Shown piece after piece: positions 21,709-31,256 of a DNA stretch of 64,000 bases. The notes below the pieces were generated by a model. It was not told the DNA's origin, did no database searches, and was given only the letters and a program-made list of their open reading frames with translations. The position numbers and the translations under genes were made by a program. The stretch is from positions 173,294-237,293 of the forward strand of contig CAVWHX010000005.1 in assembly GCA_963754925.1 (NCBI GenBank), written 5' to 3'. Each line of letters starts with the position of its first letter. Within the stretch, counting starts at the first letter, position 1. This stretch comes from an uncultured delta proteobacterium. GTDB lineage: Bacteria > Myxococcota > B64-G9.

Positions 21709-21832
21709 AAGTTCAGTACCGCGAGAGTTTTCTTAAGGATCTCCACAAGATCAAGAGCAAAGAAGTGTTGGCCCGAATTGAGGCCTCCATTACCGATACT
21801 TCCCACGGCCATAATAAGAGAGCGTCAGGCTG
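21705..21832 (+). pseudogene. Truncated RelE/ParE-like toxin
   Basis: TTG start overlapping the upstream stop; MKVQYRESFLKDLHKIKSKEVLARIEASI then early stop, no C-terminal catalytic half. Confidence 0.6.
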
Positions 21833-21853
21833 AAATAGGAATGAGCGAATCAC

Positions 21854-21898
21854 GTCATCCCCGCGGTGGTGTCATCCCCACACAGGCATGGATCCAGA
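21854..21898 (+). repeat. REP-like GTCATCCCC units left of IS copy 2
   Basis: GTCATCCCCGCG and GTCATCCCCACACAGGCATGGATCCA. Confidence 0.55.
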
Positions 21899-23174
21899 TG
21901 ACGTGCCCCCCGAAAACTGGACCATTTTCAATGAGAGTTCCTTCGGCTAGAATGCCGGAAAGGAGCTTGCTCAATGAAAGGGAAACGGTTTTCTGAGGAT
22001 AAGATCATCGGGATATTGAAAGAAGCCGAAGCGGGGGTGAAGCTGTCTGATCTCTGTCGCACACATGGCTTCTGCGAACAAACGTACTACCGTTGGAAAT
22101 CCAAGTACGGCGGGATGGACGTCAGCGAGGCGCGGCGGCTGAAGCAGCTTGAGGAAGAAAACCGAAGGCTGAAGCGTGCCGTGGCCGATCTCACTCTCGA
22201 CAACCAGATCTTGAGGGATATCAACTCAAGAAAATGGTGAAGCCCGCAGCGCGAAAGCAGGCCGTTGTGCATGCCCGCGAGGAATTTGGGGTGAGCGAAC
22301 GACGCGCCTGCGGGCTGATGAGGATCGGGCGATCGAGCTTTCGGTACCGTTCGGTAGGCCAACTGTATCCGCAGTTGCGGGAGCGTCTTTTAGAGCTTGC
22401 GGCGCAGCGGGTACGCTTCGGATATCGACGGTTGCAGGTGTTATTGCGGCGGGAAGGGTATGTGGTGAATCACAAGCGGGTGTATCGGCTGTATCGGCAA
22501 GAGGGATTGAGCGTGAGGAAGAAGCAGCGCAAGAGATACCGGAGCATCGCGCGGCAGCCGCTGCGTCTTCCGGAAGGACTCAACGAGCGATGGTCGATGG
22601 ATTTTCTATCTGATTGTCTCTCAGATGGGCGACGGTTGAAGGTGTTGAGCGTGCTGGATGAATTCAGTCGAGAGAGTCTTGCCTTACCCGTAGACACGTC
22701 CATTTCCGGCAGCCGGGTGGCCAGGATTTTGGACGATATTGCCGCTGAACGGGGTAGGTATCCCGAAGCGATGGTGACGGATAACGGTCCGGAGTTCACG
22801 AGTCGTGCGCTGGACCTCTGGGCGTACCGGCATGGGGTGCAGTTGCATTTTATCGAGCCAGGCAAGCCGGTGCAGAATGCCCTGATCGAAAGCTTCAACG
22901 GCAAATTTCGAGATGAATGTCTCAATCAACATTGGTTTATAAATCTACAAGATGCTCGTAATAAAATCGAATCATGGCGGATGGATTACAATCATGTGCG
23001 GCCACACAGCTCGCTGGGACAGGAGACACCGGCGGAGTTCGCGCGACAGTTTTCAGAGCTTCGGTCGCCTCCGGCTCCCTTCGCTCTGAAAACTGGTGTT
23101 GCTATGGATAAAGGAACGATGGTTAACCATGAACAACTCTCATAGAGAGTGGTCCTATGAACGGGGGCACGTCA
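21899..23174 (+). mobile_element. IS3-family insertion sequence, copy 2 (1276 bp; orfA 21974-22240, orfB 22234-23145)
   Basis: Same IRs as copy 1, 4-bp TSD CAGA. Confidence 0.95.
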
Positions 23175-23191
23175 CAGAAATGAGTCTCTTC

Positions 23192-23215
23192 GTCATTCCC
23201 GCGCAGGCGGGAATC
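23192..23215 (+). repeat. REP-like palindrome right of IS copy 2
   Basis: GTCATTCCCGCGCAGGCGGGAATC. Confidence 0.65.
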
Positions 23216-23246
23216 TAAATCAGCACCGAAAATCCGGGCATCATTT

Positions 23247-23274
23247 TTGACTAAGTCTTTTCGAGTGCTATAAT
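23247..23274 (+). promoter_or_regulatory. Near-consensus sigma70 promoter
   Basis: TTGACT-16 bp-TATAAT with an extended -10 TG. Confidence 0.7.
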
Positions 23275-23413
23275 TCTCTCATAAACATCAGCGACCCTGC
23301 CGAACATTCGACATTAATGAGCGGTTAGGAACGGGGCGCCCTCCTCTGGCACACAAAACGTGGCGGGGAAAGGCGGGGATGAGGGGGACGGGACCTTATT
23401 AGGAAGGAAGAAT

Positions 23414-24087
23414 ATGACGAGATCTATTGAAGATCTGAGCAAAACGCTTGGGAAGTATTTTCCCTCCCTAATACGACATGCTAAGGACAAACACGAACTG
23501 CAGATAGCCCTTTCGCAAGGGCTTGATGCGCTGGAACAGGGGTCTCTCTCGTGGGCACGGCTCAACCAAATCTTGCACTTGTGTTCACAGGCGGGTATGA
23601 GTGAGGGTTTCTACCAATACTACTTCCTCTGCAACCCCGGTTCACATCCGTATCCATGTGACAAGGTGTTCCCTGATGAATCATATGAACCACCAAAAGA
23701 TGCTGTCGAAATACAATTCTTTTTGCAACTAAAATGGGGCATTCAACGCTTTTTTTACGACGCCATGCTATTTTGGGGCAACTTCCGGCAGGCTTACCGC
23801 GACCTCCGCACCAAGGACTTCACGGAGATCAGTGAGTTCTTTTCCGCAAAGCGGACCAACGAGAACCGTTTGATCACCCGTGGGAAAGTTGAAATCCCTA
23901 TCCCAATTCCGAGGGATGAACGTTACTTGATTTCAGAAACGGCATGCAAGACATATTATGGGATGCAAAAGATAGAGGATGGCGACCATGTTAGAGCGGC
24001 TCTAGAGGCCTTTGACGAACTCTGTTCCGAGGGTGCCGCAGTGACACCAGAAAAATTGAAGGATAGGGCAAGGTTAAAAGCGGAAGG
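23414..24087 (+). pseudogene. Unknown protein truncated by IS, candidate retron effector
   Basis: RBS AGGAAG, about 225 codons open up to the IS junction at 24088. Confidence 0.65.
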
Positions 24088-25364
24088 TGACCTGCCCCCG
24101 TTCATAGGACCACTCTCTATGAGAGTTGTTCATGGTTAACCATCGTTCCTTTATCCATAGCAACAACAGTTTTCAGAGCGAAGGGAGCCGGAGGCGACCG
24201 AAGCTCTGAAAACTGTCGCGCGAACTCCGCCGGTGTCTCCTGTCCCAGCGAACTGTGCGGCCGCACATGATTGTAATCCATCCGCCATGATTCGATTTTA
24301 TTACGAGCATCTTGTAGATTTATAAACCAATGTTGATTGAGACATTCATCTCGAAATTTGCCGTTGAAGCTTTCGATCAGGGCATTCTGCACCGGCTTGC
24401 CTGGCTCGATAAAATGCAACTGCACCCCATGCCGGTACGCCCAGAGGTCCAGCGCACGACTCGTGAACTCCGGACCGTTATCCGTCACCATCGCTTCGGG
24501 ATACCTACCCCGTTCAGCGGCAATATCGTCCAAAATCCTGGCCACCCGGCTGCCGGAAATGGACGTGTCTACGGGTAAGGCAAGACTCTCTCGACTGAAT
24601 TCATCCAGCACGCTCAACACCTTCAACCGTCGCCCATCTGAGAGACAATCAGATAGAAAATCCATCGACCATCGCTCGTTGAGTCCTTCCGGAAGACGCA
24701 GCGGCTGCCGCGCGATGCTCCGGTATCTCTTGCGCTGGCTTCTTCCTCACGCTCAATCCCTCTTGCCGATACAGCCGATACACCCGCTTGTGATTCACCA
24801 CATACCCTTCCCGCCGCAATAACACCTGCAACCGTCGATATCCGAAGCGTACCCGCTGCGCCGCAAGCTCTAAAAGACGCTCCCGCAACTGCGGATACAG
24901 TTGGCCTACCGAACGGTACCGAAAGCTCGATCGCCCGATCCTCATCAGCCCGCAGGCGCGTCGTTCGCTCACCCCAAATTCCTCGCGGGCATGCACAACG
25001 GCCTGCTTTCGCGCTGCGGGCTTCACCATTTTCTTGAGTTGATATCCCTCAAGATCTGGTTGTCGAGAGTGAGATCGGCCACGGCACGCTTCAGCCTTCG
25101 GTTTTCTTCCTCAAGCTGCTTCAGCCGCCGCGCCTCGCTGACGTCCATCCCGCCGTACTTGGATTTCCAACGGTAGTACGTTTGTTCGCAGAAGCCATGC
25201 GTACGACACAGATCAGACAGCTTCACCCCCGCTTCGGCTTCTTTCAATATCCCGATGATCTTATCCTCAGAAAACCGTTTCCCTTTCATTGAGCAAGCTC
25301 CTTTCCGGCATTCTAGCCGAAGGAACTCTCATTGAAAATGGTCCAGTTTTCGGGGGGCAGGTCA
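24088..25364 (-). mobile_element. IS3-family insertion sequence, copy 3 (1277 bp; orfA 25023-25289, orfB split by +1 bp near 24737)
   Basis: IRs TGACCTGCCCCC...GGGGGCAGGTCA; flanks AAGG and ACGA do not match, so no TSD. Confidence 0.93.
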
Positions 25365-25690
25365 ACGAAGATTGTCGAATCCGAGGGTTTCTCGCTGAAT
25401 GCGAACAAGACACGAGTAGCTGGCCCCTCACGACGGCATTCCGTGACGGGCCTTATTGTCACATCCGTCGATGTGGGCATTGGAAGAGAAAAATACCGAG
25501 AGTTGCGTGCAATGCTGCATCGTTTCGCCACGAACCCCCAACGGCCATCAAAGCACAAGAGATCGAGAGGACCAAGGGAATAGTTGCATATCTCAACAGC
25601 GTGGACGTTGTTCGACGAAAGCGTCTAGGCAAGTATATTGATAAGCTGAGGGTGAAGTATCCGAAATCGGCGCTGTCACTTCAGTGGTGA
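25365..25690 (+). pseudogene. C-terminal fragment of a retron-type reverse transcriptase
   Basis: KIVESEGFSLNANKTRVAGPSRRHSVTGLIV (RT domain 6/7 with the retron VTG motif), IGREKYRELRAMLH, then after a frameshift GIVAYLNSVDVVRRKRLGKYIDKLRVKY. Confidence 0.8.
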
Positions 25691-25907
25691 TCGAACAATG
25701 GGATGGACACGTACGCGAGACACTAAAAATGTACCGGACAAGTGCCCGCCCGAAGTGCCAGCCGAATAAATAAAGTAATATTATTTTGTTACCATTGCAC
25801 TACAAGTAGTTATTAATTGGATGGCACCAAGGAGGAAGCAAAACGCGAAGGTATTTTTATCTTGAAAGCATATCGACAGTAGTTGTGCGGCAGATGGGTA
25901 TTAATCC

Positions 25908-26558
25908 GTGCCTCTAACCAATTACTCGCTTGATACTTTTATCGCCCCGCATCTCTCAGAGCTAACCTCAGTAGGTGCGCCGGACCTAAGAAACTGCACA
26001 AAAGAATACTGTCATTGGGTCAATAATTTCATTTTAAATACTATGTTTGGAGTTCGTCTCAAAGAACGCAATCGCCAATTGTTACTCTACTTCTTGGGGA
26101 AAGTGGAAGGAGCATTTCAGGAGTATCATGAAGGACGGGATTTCTTGGCGTCCTATCTTCAGAAACGTAACGAAGCAGTATCTGCGTACTTCCATGCTCT
26201 CAGGCACTTCGAGATCGCGGCCTTACTTGCCTACCACGCCTATGATACAATTCGCACGATGGTCCAAGAGAAACTGTTTATGCAGGATGACGGCTCTCCG
26301 CTCCAACGACTTAACCACCTCCAAAACATCAGCAAACATGCAAACAAGGAGCTTGGGCGCGGTGGCATTCCTGACAACCTCAGCGTTCCAATTTGGTTGA
26401 CGAATACTGCAATCGAATGTCACGACGCCGTTCTTTCTTTCTCAGAATTTGCTGAACTCATGAAGAGGTTGGCATGGTTTGCAGAGGAGCTCTCGAATCC
26501 TTCTCTTCAAATAATGAAGAATGATCCTGATCGGGGCAGCCTCGATCAGAACCAATGA
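25908..26558 (+). CDS. Hypothetical helical protein
   Basis: 216-aa ORF in the defence island; RLNHLQNISKH is loosely HEPN-like. Confidence 0.6.
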   Translation: MPLTNYSLDTFIAPHLSELTSVGAPDLRNCTKEYCHWVNNFILNTMFGVRLKERNRQLLLYFLGKVEGAFQEYHEGRDFLASYLQKRNEAVSAYFHALRHFEIAALLAYHAYDTIRTMVQEKLFMQDDGSPLQRLNHLQNISKHANKELGRGGIPDNLSVPIWLTNTAIECHDAVLSFSEFAELMKRLAWFAEELSNPSLQIMKNDPDRGSLDQNQ

Positions 26559-26576
26559 ATTCGTGGTCATGCCCAA

Positions 26577-26599
26577 GTAGGGGCGGACCTATGTGTCCC
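26577..26599 (+). repeat. GTAG-type REP
   Basis: GTAGGGGCGGACCTATGTGTCC; similar heads at 27721 and 30262. Confidence 0.55.
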
Positions 26600-26996
26600 A
26601 GATCGGATCGAGATGCCAGCCAAACAAATAGAAATTATAAAATCTTGCCATGGCAATCTCAATAAAAAGGTTTTTATGAAAACCAGTCCCGTTATCAAAC
26701 TTTTTCTGCTGATGTTGGTTGGGTATGTTTTCTCTTCGCAAGGAATTAGCTGTCCCTCGAATTTGATCACGCGAAAACCTTGAGTCGTTCGGTAATCGGT
26801 AATTAGGTGGCAAAAAGGAAAGATCTCCTGAGCCCGAGGTGTCGAATAGAAAGGGAATAAGAGGTTGCAAGCTTCTATCAGCATCAAAGACATTGAATTA
26901 TTTCTTCCGCGGAAAGAACCTTAGCGAAACCCATCCGAAGCGTCATACGTTCAGCCTCCTGCAATTCGGGCTTTTATGGCTCCCGTTAACATTGTT

Positions 26997-27033
26997 TTGA
27001 CATATTCATGAAAAAGTATTACATATTCATGAA
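26997..27033 (+). promoter_or_regulatory. vapBC promoter/operator
   Basis: TTGACA plus two ACATATTCATGAA repeats 21 bp apart, each containing the palindrome TTCATGAA. Confidence 0.7.
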
Positions 27034-27051
27034 CAGGGTTGGAGGTGATTT

Positions 27052-27321
27052 ATGGCAAATCTGCAAATCAAAGGTATCGACGACGCGCTGTATGCACAAA
27101 TTAAAAAATTGGCTTCCGATGAAAACAGGTCGGTGAGTCAAGAAATTCTGCACGTAACCAAAGAGTACCTCGATAAAAAAAGAATCATATCGTCGAAAAC
27201 GGCCGCGGAAGTGCTCATCGAATTGGCTGGTTCGTGGAGCGACGACCGATCTGCCAAGGACATTATTCGAGACATCAAGAAATCGCGTCGAAATTCTTTG
27301 AAATTGAAAAAGGGTCTCTAA
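27052..27321 (+). CDS. FitA/VapB-like RHH antitoxin
   Basis: MANLQIKGIDD...ENRSVSQEI; TAATG coupling to vapC. Confidence 0.78.
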   Translation: MANLQIKGIDDALYAQIKKLASDENRSVSQEILHVTKEYLDKKRIISSKTAAEVLIELAGSWSDDRSAKDIIRDIKKSRRNSLKLKKGL

Positions 27322-27719
27322 TGTATCTTCTCGATACAGACACCATCGTTTTCAGTTTGAGAGGACATCCGGTTGTTGTGGAGAACCTCCGACAACATCT
27401 CAACGACCCGATTAAGCTGAGCGTTATTAGTTGTATGGAGCTCTACTACGGCGCCTATAAATCGCCTGCTGTCGCCAGTAATGTCGCCAAGATCAAGACC
27501 ATCGAAGACGAGCTTGACGTCATCCCGGTGGGCGGTGAATCCGCAGAAATATTCGGGATGATTAAGAGCACGATGGAAACCGCCGGAAGCCGCTTAGATG
27601 ACTTTGATCTCGCTATCGCTGCCTACGCTCTCACCTATAACCTCATTCTGGTCACCCATAATATTAAACACTTCCAAAGAATTGAAGGGCTGAAGGTCGC
27701 CGATTGGACTCAAAGATGA
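27321..27719 (+). CDS. vapC: VapC PIN-domain toxin
   Basis: YLLDTD, ELYYG, DDFDLAIAA, VTHNIKHF. Confidence 0.9.
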   Translation: MYLLDTDTIVFSLRGHPVVVENLRQHLNDPIKLSVISCMELYYGAYKSPAVASNVAKIKTIEDELDVIPVGGESAEIFGMIKSTMETAGSRLDDFDLAIAAYALTYNLILVTHNIKHFQRIEGLKVADWTQR

Positions 27720-27883
27720 TGTAGGGGCGGACCCTTCCCGATTCCATTGCAGGAAATGCGGATACGTGCGATAGGGTGAAGAGCGGTTAAAATCATTAGA
27801 GGTAGCGGTTGGGCGTCGTCGCCCAACCCGGTTTCGAGAACGCCGGTGTGAAGTCATCGAAGGGATGCCGCGCGGAGAAGACG

Positions 27884-30265
27884 ATGAACAAACAATACGA
27901 TGCGACGGAGTGCGAGGCGCCTTCGGTTGGCGGCGTTGCGGCCTGGCTGATACGCAGCGCTCAAGCTATGGCTGCGGTGGTAGCCTTGGTCGGCCTGGGG
28001 CATTTGATTGCCTGGGAGAGCGGCTCCCTGGCCGACCTGGGCGTCGGCATCGTTGTCATGAAAACCAATACGGCGCTGTGCCTGCTGCTGCTGGGCTGGT
28101 CGCTGCTGCTGCAAATTCCAACCCGACCTCGACCGTGGCGGCGCGGGGCGGCGCTGGCCTTGGCCGCCGTGCCGATGGTCATCGGGCTTCTGTCTTTGAG
28201 CGAGAACATAGTTGGCTGGGACCTGGGCATCGACCAGGTGCTGGCCCACGAGACGCTGGGAGCGCTTGGGGTCGCCGGCCCCAATCTCATGGGTACGCCG
28301 GCCTCGGTTAGTTTCTTTTTTGCGGGACTGGCACTATTGCTTCTCGGCCGCAGGGACAAGCGGGGATTGTGGGTGGCGCAGGGACTGGCGCTTGCTATCT
28401 GCCTCATCGCGCTTCTGGGGACCATTGGATTTTTATATGATGCAAAAGTTCTTTATGAGACCAAACGCCTGACCGGAATCGCGTGGCCGACCGCCGTGTC
28501 GCTGCTGATGCTGGGCTTAAGCCTGCTTCTCGGCCGGCCGACGGAAGGCATCATGGCGCAGGTGACGGCCGATGACCCCGGCGGGGCCAGCCTGCGCCGC
28601 CTGCTCCCGATCTTGTTGTTGCCGGTTGTTTTCGGCTGGGTTCGGCTCGTTGGCGAGCGGCGTGCGTGGTTTGATGCGCCCACGGGCACGGCGTTGATGA
28701 TGATTATTTTCATCGTTTCCCTGGCTCTCATGGCGTACGCGGCCGGACGGCGGGCCAGCCGAGCGTCGGCATCCTTGGGCGAGCAGCGGGAGTGGCTGCG
28801 CGTGACGCTCTCGAGCATCGGCGACGCGGTATTGGCGACCGATACCGCAGGCAGAATCACCTTCTTCAATCCGGTGGCCGAAAAGCTGATGGGGTGGAGC
28901 GGGCCTGATGCCATAGGCCGACCCGTCGGGGAGATCCTGCACCTTATCAACGAAAAGACGCGTCAGCCGGCCAATGACATCGTCGGCAGCGTCCTGCGGG
29001 AAGGTCGGACCGTCGCCATGGCCAATCATACCGCGATTCTGACCCGCGAGGGACGCGAGATTCCCATCGAGGACAGCGCCGCCCCGATCCGGAACGCGGC
29101 CGGCTTGGTCGCGGGCGTGGTGCTGGTATTTCATGACGTGACGCAGAAACGATGCGCTCAGGAGGCCTTACGTCAGTCGGAAGAGCGACTCCGTCGAGCA
29201 CAGGAGATCGCTCGCCTCGGCAGTTGGGAACTCGACATCGAGAGCAACCGACTGATCTGGTCGGACGAGGTGTACCGGATCTTCGGCTTCGAGCCTCAGG
29301 AGTTCAGCGCCACCTATGAAGCCTTCCTCGACGCCGTGCATCCCGACGATCGCGCGGTCGTGGATTCGGCCTACACCGGATCGGTACGCGAGGGGAACGA
29401 CCGTTACGAGATCGAACACCGCGTCATCCGAAGGCGGACCGGCGAGGTTCTGGTCGTCCACGAGAAATGCGAGCACCGCCGGGACGTCGGCGGCCGCATC
29501 GTGAAGTCGATCGGCATGGTGCAGGACATCACCGAGCGCAAGCAGGCCGAGGCGGCGCGCGAGCAGCTCATGAATGAGCTCGAAATCAAAAACCGCGAGC
29601 TCGAAGAGTTCGCCCACGCGGTCTCACACGACCTCAAGGCGCCGCTGCGGGCGGTTACGAGCCTTTCGGACCTTTTGGTGACCGACTATTCTTCCGCGCT
29701 TGAAGCGGAAGGTCAGGAGACGCTCCGCCTGCTCAAGAGTCGCGTCCAGCGCATGTACCATCTCATCGAAGGAGTCCTCGAGTATTCGCGGCTGGGCAGG
29801 GTCGAAGCGGCGCAGACCTGCACGGACTTGCGCGAGGTCGTCGAGTGCGCCGTTGACCTGGTCGCGCCGCCGGACGGCATCGAAGTAATCGTGCAGAGTG
29901 GGCTTCCGACGATAGTCTGCGATCCGATGCGGATGCAGCAGGTCTTCCAGAATCTCATCGGCAACGCGGTCAAGCATATGGAAAAACCTACGGGCGAGGT
30001 CAGCATCGGGTGTGTGTCAGAAAACGGCGGCTTCAGTTTTTTCGTACGGGACAACGGTCCGGGCATAGACGAGCAGCATCACGAACGGATTTTCAAGATG
30101 TTCCAGACGCTCAAGTCCAAGGACGAGACCGACGGCACGGGGATAGGGCTTTCGATCGTGCGGCGGATAGTGGAAAGCGTCGGCGGACGGGTTTGGGTCG
30201 AAAGCGCCCTCGGCCAAGGCAGCACGTTTTACTTCACTATCCCACAAGAAAAAGCCGCAACGTAG
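27884..30265 (+). CDS. Membrane PAS-PAS sensor histidine kinase
   Basis: TM region, SIGDAV and GSWE PAS domains, SHDLKAP, NLIGNA, DNGPG, GTGIGL. Confidence 0.92.
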   Translation: MNKQYDATECEAPSVGGVAAWLIRSAQAMAAVVALVGLGHLIAWESGSLADLGVGIVVMKTNTALCLLLLGWSLLLQIPTRPRPWRRGAALALAAVPMVIGLLSLSENIVGWDLGIDQVLAHETLGALGVAGPNLMGTPASVSFFFAGLALLLLGRRDKRGLWVAQGLALAICLIALLGTIGFLYDAKVLYETKRLTGIAWPTAVSLLMLGLSLLLGRPTEGIMAQVTADDPGGASLRRLLPILLLPVVFGWVRLVGERRAWFDAPTGTALMMIIFIVSLALMAYAAGRRASRASASLGEQREWLRVTLSSIGDAVLATDTAGRITFFNPVAEKLMGWSGPDAIGRPVGEILHLINEKTRQPANDIVGSVLREGRTVAMANHTAILTREGREIPIEDSAAPIRNAAGLVAGVVLVFHDVTQKRCAQEALRQSEERLRRAQEIARLGSWELDIESNRLIWSDEVYRIFGFEPQEFSATYEAFLDAVHPDDRAVVDSAYTGSVREGNDRYEIEHRVIRRRTGEVLVVHEKCEHRRDVGGRIVKSIGMVQDITERKQAEAAREQLMNELEIKNRELEEFAHAVSHDLKAPLRAVTSLSDLLVTDYSSALEAEGQETLRLLKSRVQRMYHLIEGVLEYSRLGRVEAAQTCTDLREVVECAVDLVAPPDGIEVIVQSGLPTIVCDPMRMQQVFQNLIGNAVKHMEKPTGEVSIGCVSENGGFSFFVRDNGPGIDEQHHERIFKMFQTLKSKDETDGTGIGLSIVRRIVESVGGRVWVESALGQGSTFYFTIPQEKAAT

Positions 30266-30296
30266 GGGGGAACCTGGCGCGCACGTAGGTGCTATC

Positions 30297-31256
30297 CTAC
30301 GGCGTCGAAAAATGGCCCTGAAAAACCATCCAGTCGGTGCCGAAACGACCATCCCGCATCACTACCCACACGTAAGTATCGTTTTCCTGATCGGGTGTGA
30401 GACTTTCGGGAATAGACCAGGTGTTCTCAACCAAATTCACGTTCTGGTTGTTCGTCGCTGAAGCTGAAATAGTATGAGTCTGGTTGAAATCACCGATAGT
30501 TGAGAACCAGCTAAAAACAAACTCCTCTGTTTGGGGGGTTGTTTCTCCAGCGGGAATGAAGGTTTCGCGCGAACTCTCATCAATCACCGGGTTGAGATTG
30601 ATTTTTTGGCCCAGCGTAAAATCGATGTTATCCGTAACACCATTAAGGCCGGTCAGCACCGGATTATGGTTAAAGGTGCTTTCATCGGGTGTAGACGTCG
30701 CCGGATAAAGATGTACCGGGAGTCGCTTGACGGCACGAACCTCATCGTTGTCAGCGGTGACCAGAAATCCAATCCAAATATCAACATCCTGGGCAACCGT
30801 TGGATCGATACCATAGGTGCTAAGGTTTTGTGGGGTGAGCCACGCTGTTAGGTCGGACGGCGTAAGTTGAGAGGTGCATTCAACCGACGGCGTTTGAGGT
30901 ATGCATTGTCCCGAACCCGAAGCCAACGAAAGGCTGTTTGCGCCCGGGCAATCAATGCTGGATGCCGCATCGCTAATCGCCGTCAGGCATACTCCCCAGG
31001 TTGGGGTAAGCGTCCGGCCGACGACGGAGTCGGCGACCAGCGCCGTCAAGGTTAGGGAATTATCTATGGTCAGGTCGGTCAGATTAACGGAGGCATCGGC
31101 GACACCGCCGGCATCGCCTGCACGGATACCAAGCACCCGCAGGCGCTCGACTAATGTCGGCGGCGAAAACGGGCTCCCGCACCCAGTCACCACCCATAAC
31201 AACGATAGCAACGACCATGACACTAGCAACCGATAGGCTCGCATGACTAAAACCAC
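30297..31256 (-). CDS. Lipoprotein associated with the TonB receptor
   Basis: Lipobox VTGC, LRVLGIRA, NHNP, VVMRDGRFGTDW. Confidence 0.7.
   Translation of the reverse strand: MVLVMRAYRLLVSWSLLSLLWVVTGCGSPFSPPTLVERLRVLGIRAGDAGGVADASVNLTDLTIDNSLTLTALVADSVVGRTLTPTWGVCLTAISDAASSIDCPGANSLSLASGSGQCIPQTPSVECTSQLTPSDLTAWLTPQNLSTYGIDPTVAQDVDIWIGFLVTADNDEVRAVKRLPVHLYPATSTPDESTFNHNPVLTGLNGVTDNIDFTLGQKINLNPVIDESSRETFIPAGETTPQTEEFVFSWFSTIGDFNQTHTISASATNNQNVNLVENTWSIPESLTPDQENDTYVWVVMRDGRFGTDWMVFQGHFSTP

Noticed and set aside
21778..21996. 72-aa ORF
   Set aside because: Chimera of REP DNA and the IS left end
11532..23174. Composite transposon formed by IS copies 1 and 2
   Set aside because: Each copy has its own TSD (GAGG, CAGA), so they are independent insertions
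25289..25690. 133-aa ORF as a standalone gene
   Set aside because: Starts inside the IS; only its last part is the frameshifted RT tail
26567..26990. Short ORFs between the hypothetical gene and vapBC
   Set aside because: No recognisable motif; one runs into a REP; possibly debris
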